Positions 32,136-41,929 of a stretch of DNA of 64,000 nucleotides are shown here, piece after piece. Source of the stretch: an uncultured Chloroflexia bacterium (GTDB lineage Bacteria > Chloroflexota > Limnocylindria > Limnocylindrales > CSP1-4); contig CAWHHU010000010.1 of assembly GCA_963829295.1 (NCBI GenBank), forward strand, positions 642,871-706,870, written 5' to 3'. The notes under the pieces are model-generated. The model was not told where the DNA came from. It saw only the letters and a program-made list of their open reading frames with translations, and did no database searches. A program made the position numbers and the translations under genes. The stretch's first letter is position 1; each line of letters starts with the position of its first letter.

Positions 32136-33740
32136 GTGAGCAGCGAGCCGCGGGCCTTCGTCACCGTCGATCGCGGAACGGCGACCACCGCGGTCGCGCT
32201 GGTCGGCAGGGTGGATGGGCGGTGGCGCCTCCTGGGGGCGACGAGCGGGCCGGTGGAGGTGCCTCCGGAGGCGCTCGTCGAGCGTCTGCGACGCCGGCTC
32301 TGCGCGGTCGATCCGGAGCTGGCGGCATCGCTCCTGATCCACACGGACGGCGCCGCCGAGGCGATGCCCCGGATCAGCTGTGCCACCGCGGCCCCGCCCG
32401 AGATCGCGGTCGTCGCCGCGACGCATCGTGCCCTGATGCCCCTCTCCGCGACCGCCCGCGAGACCGGCTGGCAGGTCGTGCCGGTGACGCTCGAGGGAGC
32501 GCAGATCACGACGGTCGCAGCGACGCTGGCCAACCCCCGGCTCTCGGCTGTCCTGGCCGGCGCCGGGGACCCTCCAGGGGGCGACGAGCGTCCGCTGATG
32601 GCGGAGCTCGCGATGCAGGTCGGGGCGGCGGCCAACCGGCGACCCGACCTGACCATGATCCTCACCGGGAGCCTTGCCGAGCCCGGCGGGCGGTACGAAG
32701 CATCGCTCCGCCAGGATCGGGTCGGGGCGACGATCGTTGGCCCCTCGCCGGGGGCAGCCGGCGGGGGGCCGCTGCGGCGGCTCCTCGACAGCATCCGGTC
32801 GGGTGATGACGATGGCCGTCGAGCGCTGGGCGTGGCGACGGCAACGCTGGCCGAGGTCCTCCGGCGATCCGTGGGGGTCGTCGAGGTGGGGCAGTCGTCG
32901 GGGATGCGGGCCGTGGCCGACCACGCCCCGGGCGCGCCCTCCCAGGTCGAGGTGGCCATCGTCGCCGATGCCGCGCTGTTGCCCAGGAGGTTCACCGACG
33001 GGCATCTCGACGCCATCGCCGGCTGGCTCCCGGTGCCGCTCGACCGGCTGCGGATCCGGGACCGCCTCCGGGAGCTCGCCATGTCGCCCTGGGGAGACGC
33101 GGCCGGCGAGGGGGCCGCGCTCCGGCTGGCCGCGGCCCGGGCGGCCGTGCAGCGGCTGGCGGCGGCCACGCACCGTCTCGACGGCGCGCGTCCGGCCGTC
33201 ACCGTCGCGGTGGGTGGCGTGTGGTCCGCGGTGCCGGCGCCCTTGACCGCGCTGGCGCTGGCCGACGTGCTGCGACGCCCCGGCTTCCACGCTTTCGGGA
33301 TCGACCACGCGCGGCTTCTCGCGCCGCTGGGCACGATCGCGGACGCGGACGAGCGGCGCCAGCTGATGGCCGACCTGTGTGACGAGCTCGTCGCTCCGCT
33401 GGGCAGCGTGGTCATGCCGGCCGGGTTCCGTCCGGGTCGGTCGGCGGGTCGGCTCGTGCTGCATCGGGCAACCTCGGACACCACCATCGATCTCGTGCCG
33501 GGCGGCATCGAGCGGGTGGAGCTGGCACCCGGGGAGCGGGCCATCGCCGAGCTCGAGCTGCGCGAGGCGCTGGACCTCGGCGTCCGCACCCGGCGCGCGG
33601 CGGCCGAGATCGCGGGCGGCCTGGTCGGGCTGCTGGTGGACCTGCGCGATGTCCCGCTCCGGTTGCCGGAGCGCCCGGAGCGGCGTCGTGATGTGCTGAC
33701 CGCGTGGGAGCGGGTCGTGTGGCCAGCCGCCGCGCGATGA
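32136..33740 (+). CDS. Hypothetical protein, 534 aa, N-terminal ASKHA-like phosphate-1 motif
   Basis: AFVTVDRGTATTAVALV resembles the D-x-G-T/S-x-x-T-K/A start of actin/sugar-kinase/EutA-MutL-type ATPases. Strong GC3 bias. Confidence 0.6.
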   Translation: MSSEPRAFVTVDRGTATTAVALVGRVDGRWRLLGATSGPVEVPPEALVERLRRRLCAVDPELAASLLIHTDGAAEAMPRISCATAAPPEIAVVAATHRALMPLSATARETGWQVVPVTLEGAQITTVAATLANPRLSAVLAGAGDPPGGDERPLMAELAMQVGAAANRRPDLTMILTGSLAEPGGRYEASLRQDRVGATIVGPSPGAAGGGPLRRLLDSIRSGDDDGRRALGVATATLAEVLRRSVGVVEVGQSSGMRAVADHAPGAPSQVEVAIVADAALLPRRFTDGHLDAIAGWLPVPLDRLRIRDRLRELAMSPWGDAAGEGAALRLAAARAAVQRLAAATHRLDGARPAVTVAVGGVWSAVPAPLTALALADVLRRPGFHAFGIDHARLLAPLGTIADADERRQLMADLCDELVAPLGSVVMPAGFRPGRSAGRLVLHRATSDTTIDLVPGGIERVELAPGERAIAELELREALDLGVRTRRAAAEIAGGLVGLLVDLRDVPLRLPERPERRRDVLTAWERVVWPAAAR

Positions 33741-34894
33741 CGCAGGCAGCTGACTGGCTGGCGGAGGTCGCGCAGCGCCCGGTTGCAAGCCGGGATCTCG
33801 CCGTTCGCTTCGTCATGGTGCCGGGCGACCGCCCGCTCGTTGCCGCGGGCGACAAGGTGGAGCCGGGCGACCAGCTGTTCGAGCGGCTCCGCGACCGGCG
33901 GATCGAGGAGGTGACGATCCCCTCGGCGGCGGGTCCCGCGGCGCAGCCCGAGACGGGCGCCGCGACAGACCCGGTGACGCAGGCTGCGGCGGACCCGGAG
34001 GCTGGCGCCTCCGAGGCTCGCACGGCAGGCGGTCTCCCCGGGGCTGGCGAGACCGGACCGGCGACCGGGCGTCGCTGGACTCCGGTAGCCACGTCCCGGA
34101 TCCGGCGCCATGTCGCGGGCGCCGAAGGCGAGCTGCTGGCGCCCATCCCCGGACGACGGGATCGATGGCGAATGATCACCGGCGAGCACCGGGATCCGGT
34201 CGAGTCGCCGATCGCGGGGGTGGTCACGATGGTGGTTCCGGGGTCGGAGATCGTGATCCTCGCCGCGGGGCTCACGATCCGCGGTGCGCTGGCCGCCGGG
34301 GTCCCGGCGCACGGCCGTCTCGAGCTGGCCACGGACCCGTTCGGGGAGCTTCGTTCCGGCGGGATCGACGTCGGTCGCGCGGGAAGCGTCCTGGTGGTGG
34401 GTGCCAGGATCGACGCCGAGGCGCTGACCAGGGCACGGGCGATGGGCGTCCGCGGCATCGTCGTGGCGTCGCTGTCGGGCAAGGACCTGCGCGACTTTCA
34501 GGCATCGGAGCGCCGCCAGCGCGCCTCGCTGCATGCCGCCCCGCCATTCGCCGTGGTTGCGCTCGACGGTACCGCCCGGCGGCCGATCCCGACCCCGGTC
34601 GCCTCCTTGCTGGGCCGGCTGGCGGGTCGCGACGTGGGATTGGTGATGGACCCGCCGGGACTCGTGTTCGATCCTGCCGGGGTGGAGCTCCCGGACATCG
34701 ATGCGGCCTGGGTACGCATCCGCTCGGGACCCGGGGCCGGTGCCGAGGGGTGCGTGGTGGGTCCTGCCGGGCTGCACTGGTTCGGCCGCGGGACCCAGCT
34801 CGAGGCGATGCTCGTCGCCCTCGAGGGTGAGCCCGCGCGACCGATTCCGATCGGCGATCTCGAGCGGCTCGCCTGGCCACCGGCGACGCGGTGA
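33737..34894 (+). CDS. Hypothetical protein, 385 aa
   Basis: ATG overlaps the upstream stop (ATGA). Strong GC3 bias. No recognisable catalytic motif. Confidence 0.55.
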   Translation: MTQAADWLAEVAQRPVASRDLAVRFVMVPGDRPLVAAGDKVEPGDQLFERLRDRRIEEVTIPSAAGPAAQPETGAATDPVTQAAADPEAGASEARTAGGLPGAGETGPATGRRWTPVATSRIRRHVAGAEGELLAPIPGRRDRWRMITGEHRDPVESPIAGVVTMVVPGSEIVILAAGLTIRGALAAGVPAHGRLELATDPFGELRSGGIDVGRAGSVLVVGARIDAEALTRARAMGVRGIVVASLSGKDLRDFQASERRQRASLHAAPPFAVVALDGTARRPIPTPVASLLGRLAGRDVGLVMDPPGLVFDPAGVELPDIDAAWVRIRSGPGAGAEGCVVGPAGLHWFGRGTQLEAMLVALEGEPARPIPIGDLERLAWPPATR

Positions 34895-34921
34895 CCGGGC
34901 CGTTCGGCTACCCTCGAACGC

Positions 34922-35395
34922 ATGTCCGGGCAACCCGTTTATGAGCACCTAGTCACGACACGCGACGCGCAGGAGACGCGTGGGCTGGCTGCCCGCATGG
35001 CCGCCGCCGCGCGTGCGGGCGATCTCGTCTGCCTGGTTGGGGAGCTCGGCGCCGGCAAGACCCAGTTCGCCAAGGGCTTTGCGGCAGGGCTCGGCGTCAC
35101 CGAGACCGTGAACTCGCCCACGTTCGTCCTGATGGCCGAGTATCCCGGCCGGCTGCCCCTGTTCCACGTCGACCTGTACCGGCTCGACGACGCGGCCGAT
35201 GCGCTTGCCGGTGGCCTGCTCGACGAGCGACAGCGTGCCGGCGTCGCGATCGTGGAGTGGGCCGAGCGGCTGGGCGCCGCGCTGCCCAGGTCTCGGCTGG
35301 ACGTGATCATCGACGGAGCCGGCGACGACCCTCGCCGGATCGCGCTGCGGATCGCTGACGAGGGGTATCGCCGGTATCTCAAGGCCGCCGCGTGA
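34922..35395 (+). CDS. tsaE: tRNA t6A37 biosynthesis ATPase TsaE
   Basis: GELGAGKTQFAKG P-loop, VNSPTFVLMAEY. Confidence 0.9.
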   Translation: MSGQPVYEHLVTTRDAQETRGLAARMAAAARAGDLVCLVGELGAGKTQFAKGFAAGLGVTETVNSPTFVLMAEYPGRLPLFHVDLYRLDDAADALAGGLLDERQRAGVAIVEWAERLGAALPRSRLDVIIDGAGDDPRRIALRIADEGYRRYLKAAA

Positions 35396-36165
35396 CCTCG
35401 CCCACCGGCCGTCCGGGCCTGCTGCTCGCGGTGGACACGGCGACCACGCACGCGGTGATCGCGCTCGGAGACCCGGATGGGTCGGTGGTGGCCGAGCGAA
35501 CCTGGATCGCCGGCTACCGTCACGGCGAGGAGCTGCTGCCCCGGATCGAGGCGCTGCTGCGTGAGCGGAACGTTCGGCCGCCGACCCTCGGCGGGCTGGT
35601 GGTGGGCACGGGGCCGGGCGCGTTCACCGGGTTGCGGGTGGGTCTGGCCACGGTCAAGGGCCTGGCCTATGCGCTGGGCCTGCCGGTGGTTGGCGTGGCG
35701 ACGGGCGCGGCGTTGCTGGCTGCCGCCCCGGCGAGCGCCGGTTCGGCGGACGCCAATTCCGCCGCCCCGGCGAGCGCCGGTTCCGCCGCTGAGGTCGTCG
35801 CCGGCGCCGCCGCCAGTGGGCTCGTCCTGATGCAGCCGGCGGGTCCGTCCGACACGGTGCTCTCGCGACCGGGGCAGCCACCACGGATCGTGCCGGGAGG
35901 CACTGACCCGGGGCTCTCGCCGGACGAGCGGCTGGTCGCCGTCGATCTCGAGGGGCGGGTGCCGGCCGCGGCCTCCACGCTCGGCGCGACGGCCCTCACC
36001 GGCCTCGCAGCCGCGCTGCTGCGATCGGGTGCGGCTCGCCTGGCGCGGGGCGATTCAGATGACCTCGCGCTGCTCGTCCCCGAGTATGTGACCCTGCCGC
36101 GCGGCGTCCGCGCGCTGGTCCCCGAGACCGCGGTCGAGGTCACCGGGGCTGGAGGCGGGACGTGA
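35392..36165 (+). CDS. tsaB: tRNA t6A37 biosynthesis protein TsaB
   Basis: LLLAVDTATTHAVIAL...GTGPGAFTGLRVGLATVKGLA. GTG overlaps the tsaE stop. Confidence 0.88.
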   Translation: MTSPTGRPGLLLAVDTATTHAVIALGDPDGSVVAERTWIAGYRHGEELLPRIEALLRERNVRPPTLGGLVVGTGPGAFTGLRVGLATVKGLAYALGLPVVGVATGAALLAAAPASAGSADANSAAPASAGSAAEVVAGAAASGLVLMQPAGPSDTVLSRPGQPPRIVPGGTDPGLSPDERLVAVDLEGRVPAAASTLGATALTGLAAALLRSGAARLARGDSDDLALLVPEYVTLPRGVRALVPETAVEVTGAGGGT

Positions 36166-36866
36166 GCGGCGGTGCCGTGCTCAGGATCCGGCCCATGACC
36201 TTCGACGATCTGCCTTCGGTCCAGCTCATCGAGCGCGCCTCGTTCAGCACGCCCTGGCCCCCGCAGGCCTACCGCCAGGAGCTTGCCTCCAACCGGCTCG
36301 CCTATTACGTGGTGGCGGTCCTGGGTGACGATATCGTCGCCTATGGCGGCATCTGGCTCATGGTCGACGAGGCCCACGTCACCACCTTCGCCGTCCACCC
36401 CAGATACCGCCGGCAGAGGATCGGGGAGCGGCTGCTGCTCGCGCTCCTCGACCTGTCGCTCGACCGGCGCGCCCGCGAGGCCACCCTCGAGGTCCGGCTG
36501 TCGAACCTGCCCGCGCGGCGACTGTACGAGAAGTACGGCTTTCGGCCGGTCGGCATCCGCCCCCGCTACTACACCGACAACGGCGAGGATGCGCTGATCA
36601 TGACCACCGAGCCGCTCGCGGGCGACCCCATGCGCGAGCGGATCGCAGGTCTGCGGGCGGCCATCGATGCGGCACCGCCGCCATCGACACCCGCACCTGC
36701 CGGAGAGGCCGAGGCGGCCGAGGTCGTTGGTCCCCAGCCTGCCGTCGGGGCGCAGCCCTCTGCCGGCACCCACGCGATCGGCGGTGCTCTCGACGCCCAG
36801 GCGGTCAACGGCGCCACCGGCCGGCCGTCCCGCAAGGCACCGTCCGCCGGCGGCGGAGCGCGATGA
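36162..36866 (+). CDS. rimI: Ribosomal-protein-alanine N-acetyltransferase (GNAT) with C-terminal low-complexity tail
   Basis: GNAT motif A (RRQRIGERLL) and the conserved tsaB-rimI-tsaD position. Confidence 0.85.
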   Translation: MSGGAVLRIRPMTFDDLPSVQLIERASFSTPWPPQAYRQELASNRLAYYVVAVLGDDIVAYGGIWLMVDEAHVTTFAVHPRYRRQRIGERLLLALLDLSLDRRAREATLEVRLSNLPARRLYEKYGFRPVGIRPRYYTDNGEDALIMTTEPLAGDPMRERIAGLRAAIDAAPPPSTPAPAGEAEAAEVVGPQPAVGAQPSAGTHAIGGALDAQAVNGATGRPSRKAPSAGGGAR

Positions 36867-37927
36867 CCGGCCCCCTTCTTCTGGCGGTCGAGTCGAGCTG
36901 CGACGAGACCGGCGTCGCCGTGGTGGAGGACGGGCGCCGGATCCACGCCAACGTGGTCGCCAGCCAGATCGCGCTGCATGCGGCCACCGGCGGCATCGTG
37001 CCCGAGGTCGCGGCGCGCGCCCACCTGCGCTGGATCGTGCCCGTGATGGACGAGGCGCTGACGACGGCCGGCGTGTCCCTGAAGGACGTGGATGCGGTGG
37101 CGGTCACCTATGGTCCGGGCCTGGCCGGGTCGCTGCTGGTCGGCATCAATGCGGCGAAGGCCGTCGCCTGGGCCCACGACAAGCCGCTGGTGCCCGTCAA
37201 CCACCTCGAGGGCCACGTCTACGCGGGCTGGCTGCTCGACCCGGGTGAGACGGAGCGGGAGTCGCCGCCGTTTCCGCTGGTCGCCCTGGTTGTGTCCGGC
37301 GGGCACACGTTCCTGGTCGAGATGCGCGACCACCTGAGCTACCGGTTGCTGGGGCAGACGGTGGACGATGCGGCCGGCGAGGCCTTCGACAAGGTGGGCC
37401 GACTGCTCCGTCTCGGGTATCCGGGGGGTCCCGCGATCTCCCGTGCCGCCGAGCGTGCGGTGGCCCACGATCGCGTCTTTCCGCGGGCGTGGATGGGCGA
37501 CACGTACGATCTCAGCTTCTCGGGCCTCAAGACCGCGGCCCGCAGGATCATCGCCCGGGCCCGTGCAGACGAGGGGTTGCCGCCGGACGAGTCCGACGGA
37601 ACCCTGCCCGACGACGTGGTGGCCGAGCTCGCCTGGGGGTTCCAGGATTCGGTGGTCGACGTGCTCACGACCAAGACGATGCGGGCCGCCGAGGCTACCG
37701 GGGCCCGGGGAATCCTGCTGGGTGGCGGCGTGGCGGCCAACGCCGCCCTGCGGGCCCGGATCTCGGGCGAGGCAGAGGGGCGTGGCCTGGCCCTGGTGAT
37801 CCCGCGCCCGGGCCTGTGCACCGACAACGGTGCGATGATCGGCGCCGCCGGCGCGCGGCGCCTGGCCGCCGGCGCGCGCGCGGGGCTCGACCTCGATGCG
37901 CGGCCCTCGCTGCCGCTCGCGCGGTGA
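36863..37927 (+). CDS. tsaD: tRNA N6-adenosine threonylcarbamoyltransferase
   Basis: ESSCDETGVAVV, HLEGH metal-binding motif, 354 aa. Confidence 0.93.
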   Translation: MTGPLLLAVESSCDETGVAVVEDGRRIHANVVASQIALHAATGGIVPEVAARAHLRWIVPVMDEALTTAGVSLKDVDAVAVTYGPGLAGSLLVGINAAKAVAWAHDKPLVPVNHLEGHVYAGWLLDPGETERESPPFPLVALVVSGGHTFLVEMRDHLSYRLLGQTVDDAAGEAFDKVGRLLRLGYPGGPAISRAAERAVAHDRVFPRAWMGDTYDLSFSGLKTAARRIIARARADEGLPPDESDGTLPDDVVAELAWGFQDSVVDVLTTKTMRAAEATGARGILLGGGVAANAALRARISGEAEGRGLALVIPRPGLCTDNGAMIGAAGARRLAAGARAGLDLDARPSLPLAR

Positions 37928-38805
37928 GCGCCGGTCGCGGCGCCACCGAGCCCCGGCTGGATCCGCTGTTCGTGCGGCGGACCCTTCGGGAGGCGGGCCT
38001 GCGGGCGCGCCACAACCTGAGCCAGAACTTCCTGGCCGACGTGGACGTGCTGGAGGGCATCCTGCGCGAGGCCAGGCCGGTGCCCGAGCGAGGTGTGCTC
38101 GAGATCGGCCCGGGCCTCGGGTTCCTGACCGGCGGGCTGCTCGCTGCCGGCGCGCACGTGACCTCGGTGGAGCTTGACCGGGGACTCGTGGCCATCCTCC
38201 GGGAGCGGTTCGCCGAGGAGATCGAGGCCGATCGCCTCCACCTCGTCCAGGGCGACGCGCTGGACGAGGACCTGACCGGGCTGGTCCCGCCGCCGTACGA
38301 CGTGGTGGCGAACCTCCCGTACCACATCACGAGCCCGGTCCTTCACCGGCTGCTGGGCAGCCCGCCGCGTGCCGGTCGCCTGGTGCTGATGGTTCAGCGG
38401 GAGGTCGCCGAGCGCGTGGCCGCGGCACCCGGTGACATGTCGTACCTGTCGGTGTTCGTCCAGTACCACGCCCGGGCGAAGGTGGCGTTCCGGGTTCCGC
38501 GCGAGGCGTTCGAGCCGGCGCCCAGGGTGGAGTCGGCCGTCCTCGTGCTGGAGCCGTTTGCCGCCGACGATCGGCTCGATGCCGAGGCCGAGGACCAGCT
38601 GTGGCGGATCGTGCAGGCTGCCTTCCACGAACGGCGCAAGATGCTCCACAACGTGCTGACGCGCCAGCTGCCGGTCGAGCCGGATCGCGTCGACGCCGCA
38701 CTGGCCACGGTCGGGATCGCCCGCGACCGGCGCCCGCAGACGCTCGCGGTGGGCGAATGGATCGCGCTGGCCGAGGTGCTCGGCCCGCTCCCGGCCGGTC
38801 GCTGA
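37924..38805 (+). CDS. rsmA: 16S rRNA (adenine1518/1519-N6)-dimethyltransferase
   Basis: GTG at 37924 overlaps the tsaD stop. HNLSQNFL, EIGPGLGFLT, NLPYHI motifs. The earlier part of ORF 37489.. is an out-of-frame overlap. Confidence 0.9.
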   Translation: MSAGRGATEPRLDPLFVRRTLREAGLRARHNLSQNFLADVDVLEGILREARPVPERGVLEIGPGLGFLTGGLLAAGAHVTSVELDRGLVAILRERFAEEIEADRLHLVQGDALDEDLTGLVPPPYDVVANLPYHITSPVLHRLLGSPPRAGRLVLMVQREVAERVAAAPGDMSYLSVFVQYHARAKVAFRVPREAFEPAPRVESAVLVLEPFAADDRLDAEAEDQLWRIVQAAFHERRKMLHNVLTRQLPVEPDRVDAALATVGIARDRRPQTLAVGEWIALAEVLGPLPAGR

Positions 38806-39938
38806 TGACCGTCGAGGGGGCAGCGCCCGACCCGTTGCGCCGCCTCTCCCCGGTGATCCGGCTCGCACCGGCCAAGGTGAACCTGACGCTGGCCGTGCTC
38901 GGCCGGCGCGCCGACGGGTTCCACGACCTTCACAGCATCATGGTGCCGCTCGATCTCGCGGACCGGCTCTCGGTCTCGCTCGCCCCGCCTGGCGGGTCCG
39001 ATTCGTTGCACGTCGTCGGGTTCGATGCGGGGCCCACCAGCGACAATCTCGTGCTCCGGGCATTCGCCCTCGCGCGCCGCCTTGCGGGCCCCGCGACCGG
39101 CCGGCCCGGGACACCGCCACCGCTGGCCGCCCGTCTCGAGAAGCGGATCCCGATCGCGGCCGGGCTGGCGGGCGGCTCGTCGGACGCGGCAGCCGCAACC
39201 GATGCCGCGCTCGAGGCCTGGGCCATCGAGCTGGGCCCCGAGGCACGGGTGCGGCTGGCCGCGGAGCTCGGATCGGACGTCCCCTTCTTCCTCGCCGGCG
39301 GGCCGGCCCTGGTCGAGGGGAGGGGCGAGCGGCTGACCGGGCTCGCGTGGCTTCGGGATGCGCGGACGCCGGCCGCCGCGGCCGATGGCGATGGAGCGAG
39401 CAGCACGGCCGGCGAGGCCGATGAGGACGGCGCCATGACCAGGGACGGCGCGCCGGACCGACCCGGGCTGCTGCTGGTGACGCCCGCGGTGGGGATCTCG
39501 ACCCAGGCGGCATTCGAGGCCTGGGACGCCGGTGCTCGTCCTGCCGGGAACGCCGCCCGGCTCGCGTCCGACCACCTGGCCGCCGAGCTCCGCTCCGGGC
39601 TGCGGGTCACCGATCTGATGGCCCGCGCCTCGGTGCTGGCCGCCGCCAACGATCTCGCACCCGCCGCCTCGGTGCTCGAGCCTGGCCTGGTGCCGTTCAA
39701 GCGGGCCCTGTTGCGCCTGCTCGGCCGTCCGGTCGGCCTGTCCGGGTCCGGGCCGACCCACTGGGCCCTCTATCCTTCGTACGGGGAGGCCGTCACCGCG
39801 GCCGATCGCGTGAGGAGCGGGATCGTGGACGGGGAGCTGCCAGCCCTCGGTCCGCGGCCACCGTTCGTCGCCGCGACACGGATCGTCGCGCCCGCCCGGA
39901 TCGTCGCCGGTACCCAAGCAGCTCGGAGGCTAGGATGA
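38805..39938 (+). CDS. ispE: 4-diphosphocytidyl-2-C-methyl-D-erythritol kinase with about 45-aa internal low-complexity insertion
   Basis: PAKVNLTL, IPIAAGLAGGSSDAAA (GHMP kinase). ATG overlaps the rsmA stop. Confidence 0.88.
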   Translation: MTVEGAAPDPLRRLSPVIRLAPAKVNLTLAVLGRRADGFHDLHSIMVPLDLADRLSVSLAPPGGSDSLHVVGFDAGPTSDNLVLRAFALARRLAGPATGRPGTPPPLAARLEKRIPIAAGLAGGSSDAAAATDAALEAWAIELGPEARVRLAAELGSDVPFFLAGGPALVEGRGERLTGLAWLRDARTPAAAADGDGASSTAGEADEDGAMTRDGAPDRPGLLLVTPAVGISTQAAFEAWDAGARPAGNAARLASDHLAAELRSGLRVTDLMARASVLAAANDLAPAASVLEPGLVPFKRALLRLLGRPVGLSGSGPTHWALYPSYGEAVTAADRVRSGIVDGELPALGPRPPFVAATRIVAPARIVAGTQAARRLG

Positions 39939-40321
39939 ACCGCCAGTCCATCTCAACGGCCGGCGCCCCGGCCGCTATCGGCCCCTACAGCCAGGCGGTC
40001 GCCACCGACGGCCTCGTGTTCTGCAGCGGCCAGCTGGGGTTGGACCCGGAGACGGGCGAGCTGGCCCAGGGTGTCGAAGCCCAGGCCGATCGCGCGCTCC
40101 GCAACCTGGCTGCCGTCCTCGACGCAGCCGGGCTGACCCTGGCCGACGTGCTCAAGACCACGATCTTCCTTGCCGACATGGGGGACTTCGCCGCCGTCAA
40201 CGCCGTCTATGCTCGCCACATGCCGGACCCGCCGCCCGCGCGATCGACCGTCCAGGTTGCCGCCTTGCCCAAGGCCGGGCTGGTGGAGATCGAGGCGATC
40301 GCACGCCGCGCGGATCGGTGA
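39935..40321 (+). CDS. ridA: RidA/YjgF-family reactive-intermediate deaminase
   Basis: 128 aa, APAAIGPYSQAV..., C-terminal ...PARSTVQVAALP. Confidence 0.88.
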   Translation: MNRQSISTAGAPAAIGPYSQAVATDGLVFCSGQLGLDPETGELAQGVEAQADRALRNLAAVLDAAGLTLADVLKTTIFLADMGDFAAVNAVYARHMPDPPPARSTVQVAALPKAGLVEIEAIARRADR

Positions 40322-40474
40322 CGGAGCGGTAGGCGATCGGTCCGGTTGACACTCCCACCTGGCCAACCCCAGAATCGGCGCGCCTGCGATGACCAACTCG
40401 CTCACTCCCCCGGGCGCCGCCAGCGCCGAACCACCCACGGTGCCATCGACGCGAGCCACCGGACGCCCGGCCCA

Positions 40475-41929
40475 GTGACGCCCTCAAGTCCCGGGCCCTC
40501 CGGGCATCGAACGACCGCCGTGGTCCTCGCGGCAGGGCTCGGCACCCGGATGCGATCGACGCTGCCCAAGGTGCTCCATCCAGTGTGCGGGCGCCCGATG
40601 ATCGAGTACGTCCTGGACACGGCCGTGACCGCCACGACATCGCGTCCGATCGTCGTCTGCCCGCCCATGGCCCAGGGCGTTCGCGGGGACGTCGCCGAGG
40701 TCGTGGCAGGCGTGGCCGACACCGTCGTCCAGGCCGAGCCGAAGGGGACCGGTGACGCGCTCCGGGTGGCCGTGGAGGCGATCCCCGAGGCGGTCGAGGA
40801 GATCCTCGTGCTGTCGGGCGATGTGCCGCTGGTGGGTTCCGACCTGCTGACCGCGCTGATCGACGCCCGCGCCATGGACCACGCCGCAATTTCGCTGGTC
40901 GTCGTCGACGCGCTCGACCCGTCGGGCCTGGGCCGGGTCGTGCGTCGCGAGGGCGGCACGGTCGACCGGATCGTGGAGGAGAAGGACGCGACCGACGAGG
41001 AGCGTCGGATCAGCGAGATCAACGCGGGCCTGTACGCATTCGACGCGGCGTGGCTGCGCCGCCGGATCGGCGGTCTCCGACCCTCGCCTGCGACGGGCGA
41101 GGTGTACCTCACCGAGCTGGTGGCGCTGGCGCGCGAGGATGGGCGGATTGTGGCGGCGCTCGACGTCGAGGACGACGGCCGGCTGACCGGCATCAACGAC
41201 CGGGCGCAGCTCGCCCGCGCCGAGTGGGACATGCGGGTCGAGCTCAACGATCGCTGGATGCGCGACGGGGTCACGATGCTCGACCCGTCCACCGTGTATC
41301 TGGACCACGCGGTCGAGCTGTCGCGCGACGTCATCCTGGAGCCCAACGTGGTCCTCCGCGGGCGAACACGCGTTGGCGAGAGAACCCGCATCGCCACGGG
41401 GTCGCAGATCGTGGACTCCGTGATCGGCGCCGACTGCATGGTCTGGGCGAGCGTGATCGAGCGCTCCGAGGTGGAGGACGAGGTCACGATCGGCCCGTTC
41501 AGCCACCTGCGCCCCGGCGTCCACGTCGGCCGGCGATCGGAGATCGGCAACTACGCGGAGCTCAAGAACAGCCGTCTCGGCGAGCACGTCCGTCAGCACC
41601 ACGCGAGCTATCTGGGCGATGCCGACGTCGGTGCCGACACCAACGTTGGTGCGGGCACGATCACCGCCAACTACGACGGCGTCAACAAGCACCGGACGAC
41701 GATCGGGGCGCGGGTCTTCCTGGGCGTGGACACGATGCTCCGCGCACCCCTGACGCTGGGCGAGGGAGCGAGGACCGGCGCCGGCGCGGTGGTGACCCAC
41801 GATGTGCCTCCGGGCGCCCTGGTGGTCGGCGTGCCCGCCCGGATCCACGAGCCGAGGGCCGTCCGGCCGGCCGACGATCCGCCGCAGGTTGGCCCCGTGG
41901 CACCGGGAGCGAACGGGGACACGGCGTGA
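40475..41929 (+). CDS. glmU: Bifunctional GlcNAc-1-P uridyltransferase / GlcN-1-P acetyltransferase
   Basis: AVVLAAGLGTRM plus C-terminal left-handed beta-helix hexapeptide repeats. Start assigned to the in-frame GTG at 40475. The ORF-track ATG at 40346 would add a 43-aa low-complexity leader. Confidence 0.85.
   Translation: MTPSSPGPSGHRTTAVVLAAGLGTRMRSTLPKVLHPVCGRPMIEYVLDTAVTATTSRPIVVCPPMAQGVRGDVAEVVAGVADTVVQAEPKGTGDALRVAVEAIPEAVEEILVLSGDVPLVGSDLLTALIDARAMDHAAISLVVVDALDPSGLGRVVRREGGTVDRIVEEKDATDEERRISEINAGLYAFDAAWLRRRIGGLRPSPATGEVYLTELVALAREDGRIVAALDVEDDGRLTGINDRAQLARAEWDMRVELNDRWMRDGVTMLDPSTVYLDHAVELSRDVILEPNVVLRGRTRVGERTRIATGSQIVDSVIGADCMVWASVIERSEVEDEVTIGPFSHLRPGVHVGRRSEIGNYAELKNSRLGEHVRQHHASYLGDADVGADTNVGAGTITANYDGVNKHRTTIGARVFLGVDTMLRAPLTLGEGARTGAGAVVTHDVPPGALVVGVPARIHEPRAVRPADDPPQVGPVAPGANGDTA

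Noticed and set aside
41050-41925. Upstream 292 codons of ORF 41050..43260
   Set aside because: This is an out-of-frame overlap with glmU (Arg/Gly-rich). The CNNM/CorC transporter begins at the GTG at 41926, immediately at the glmU stop.
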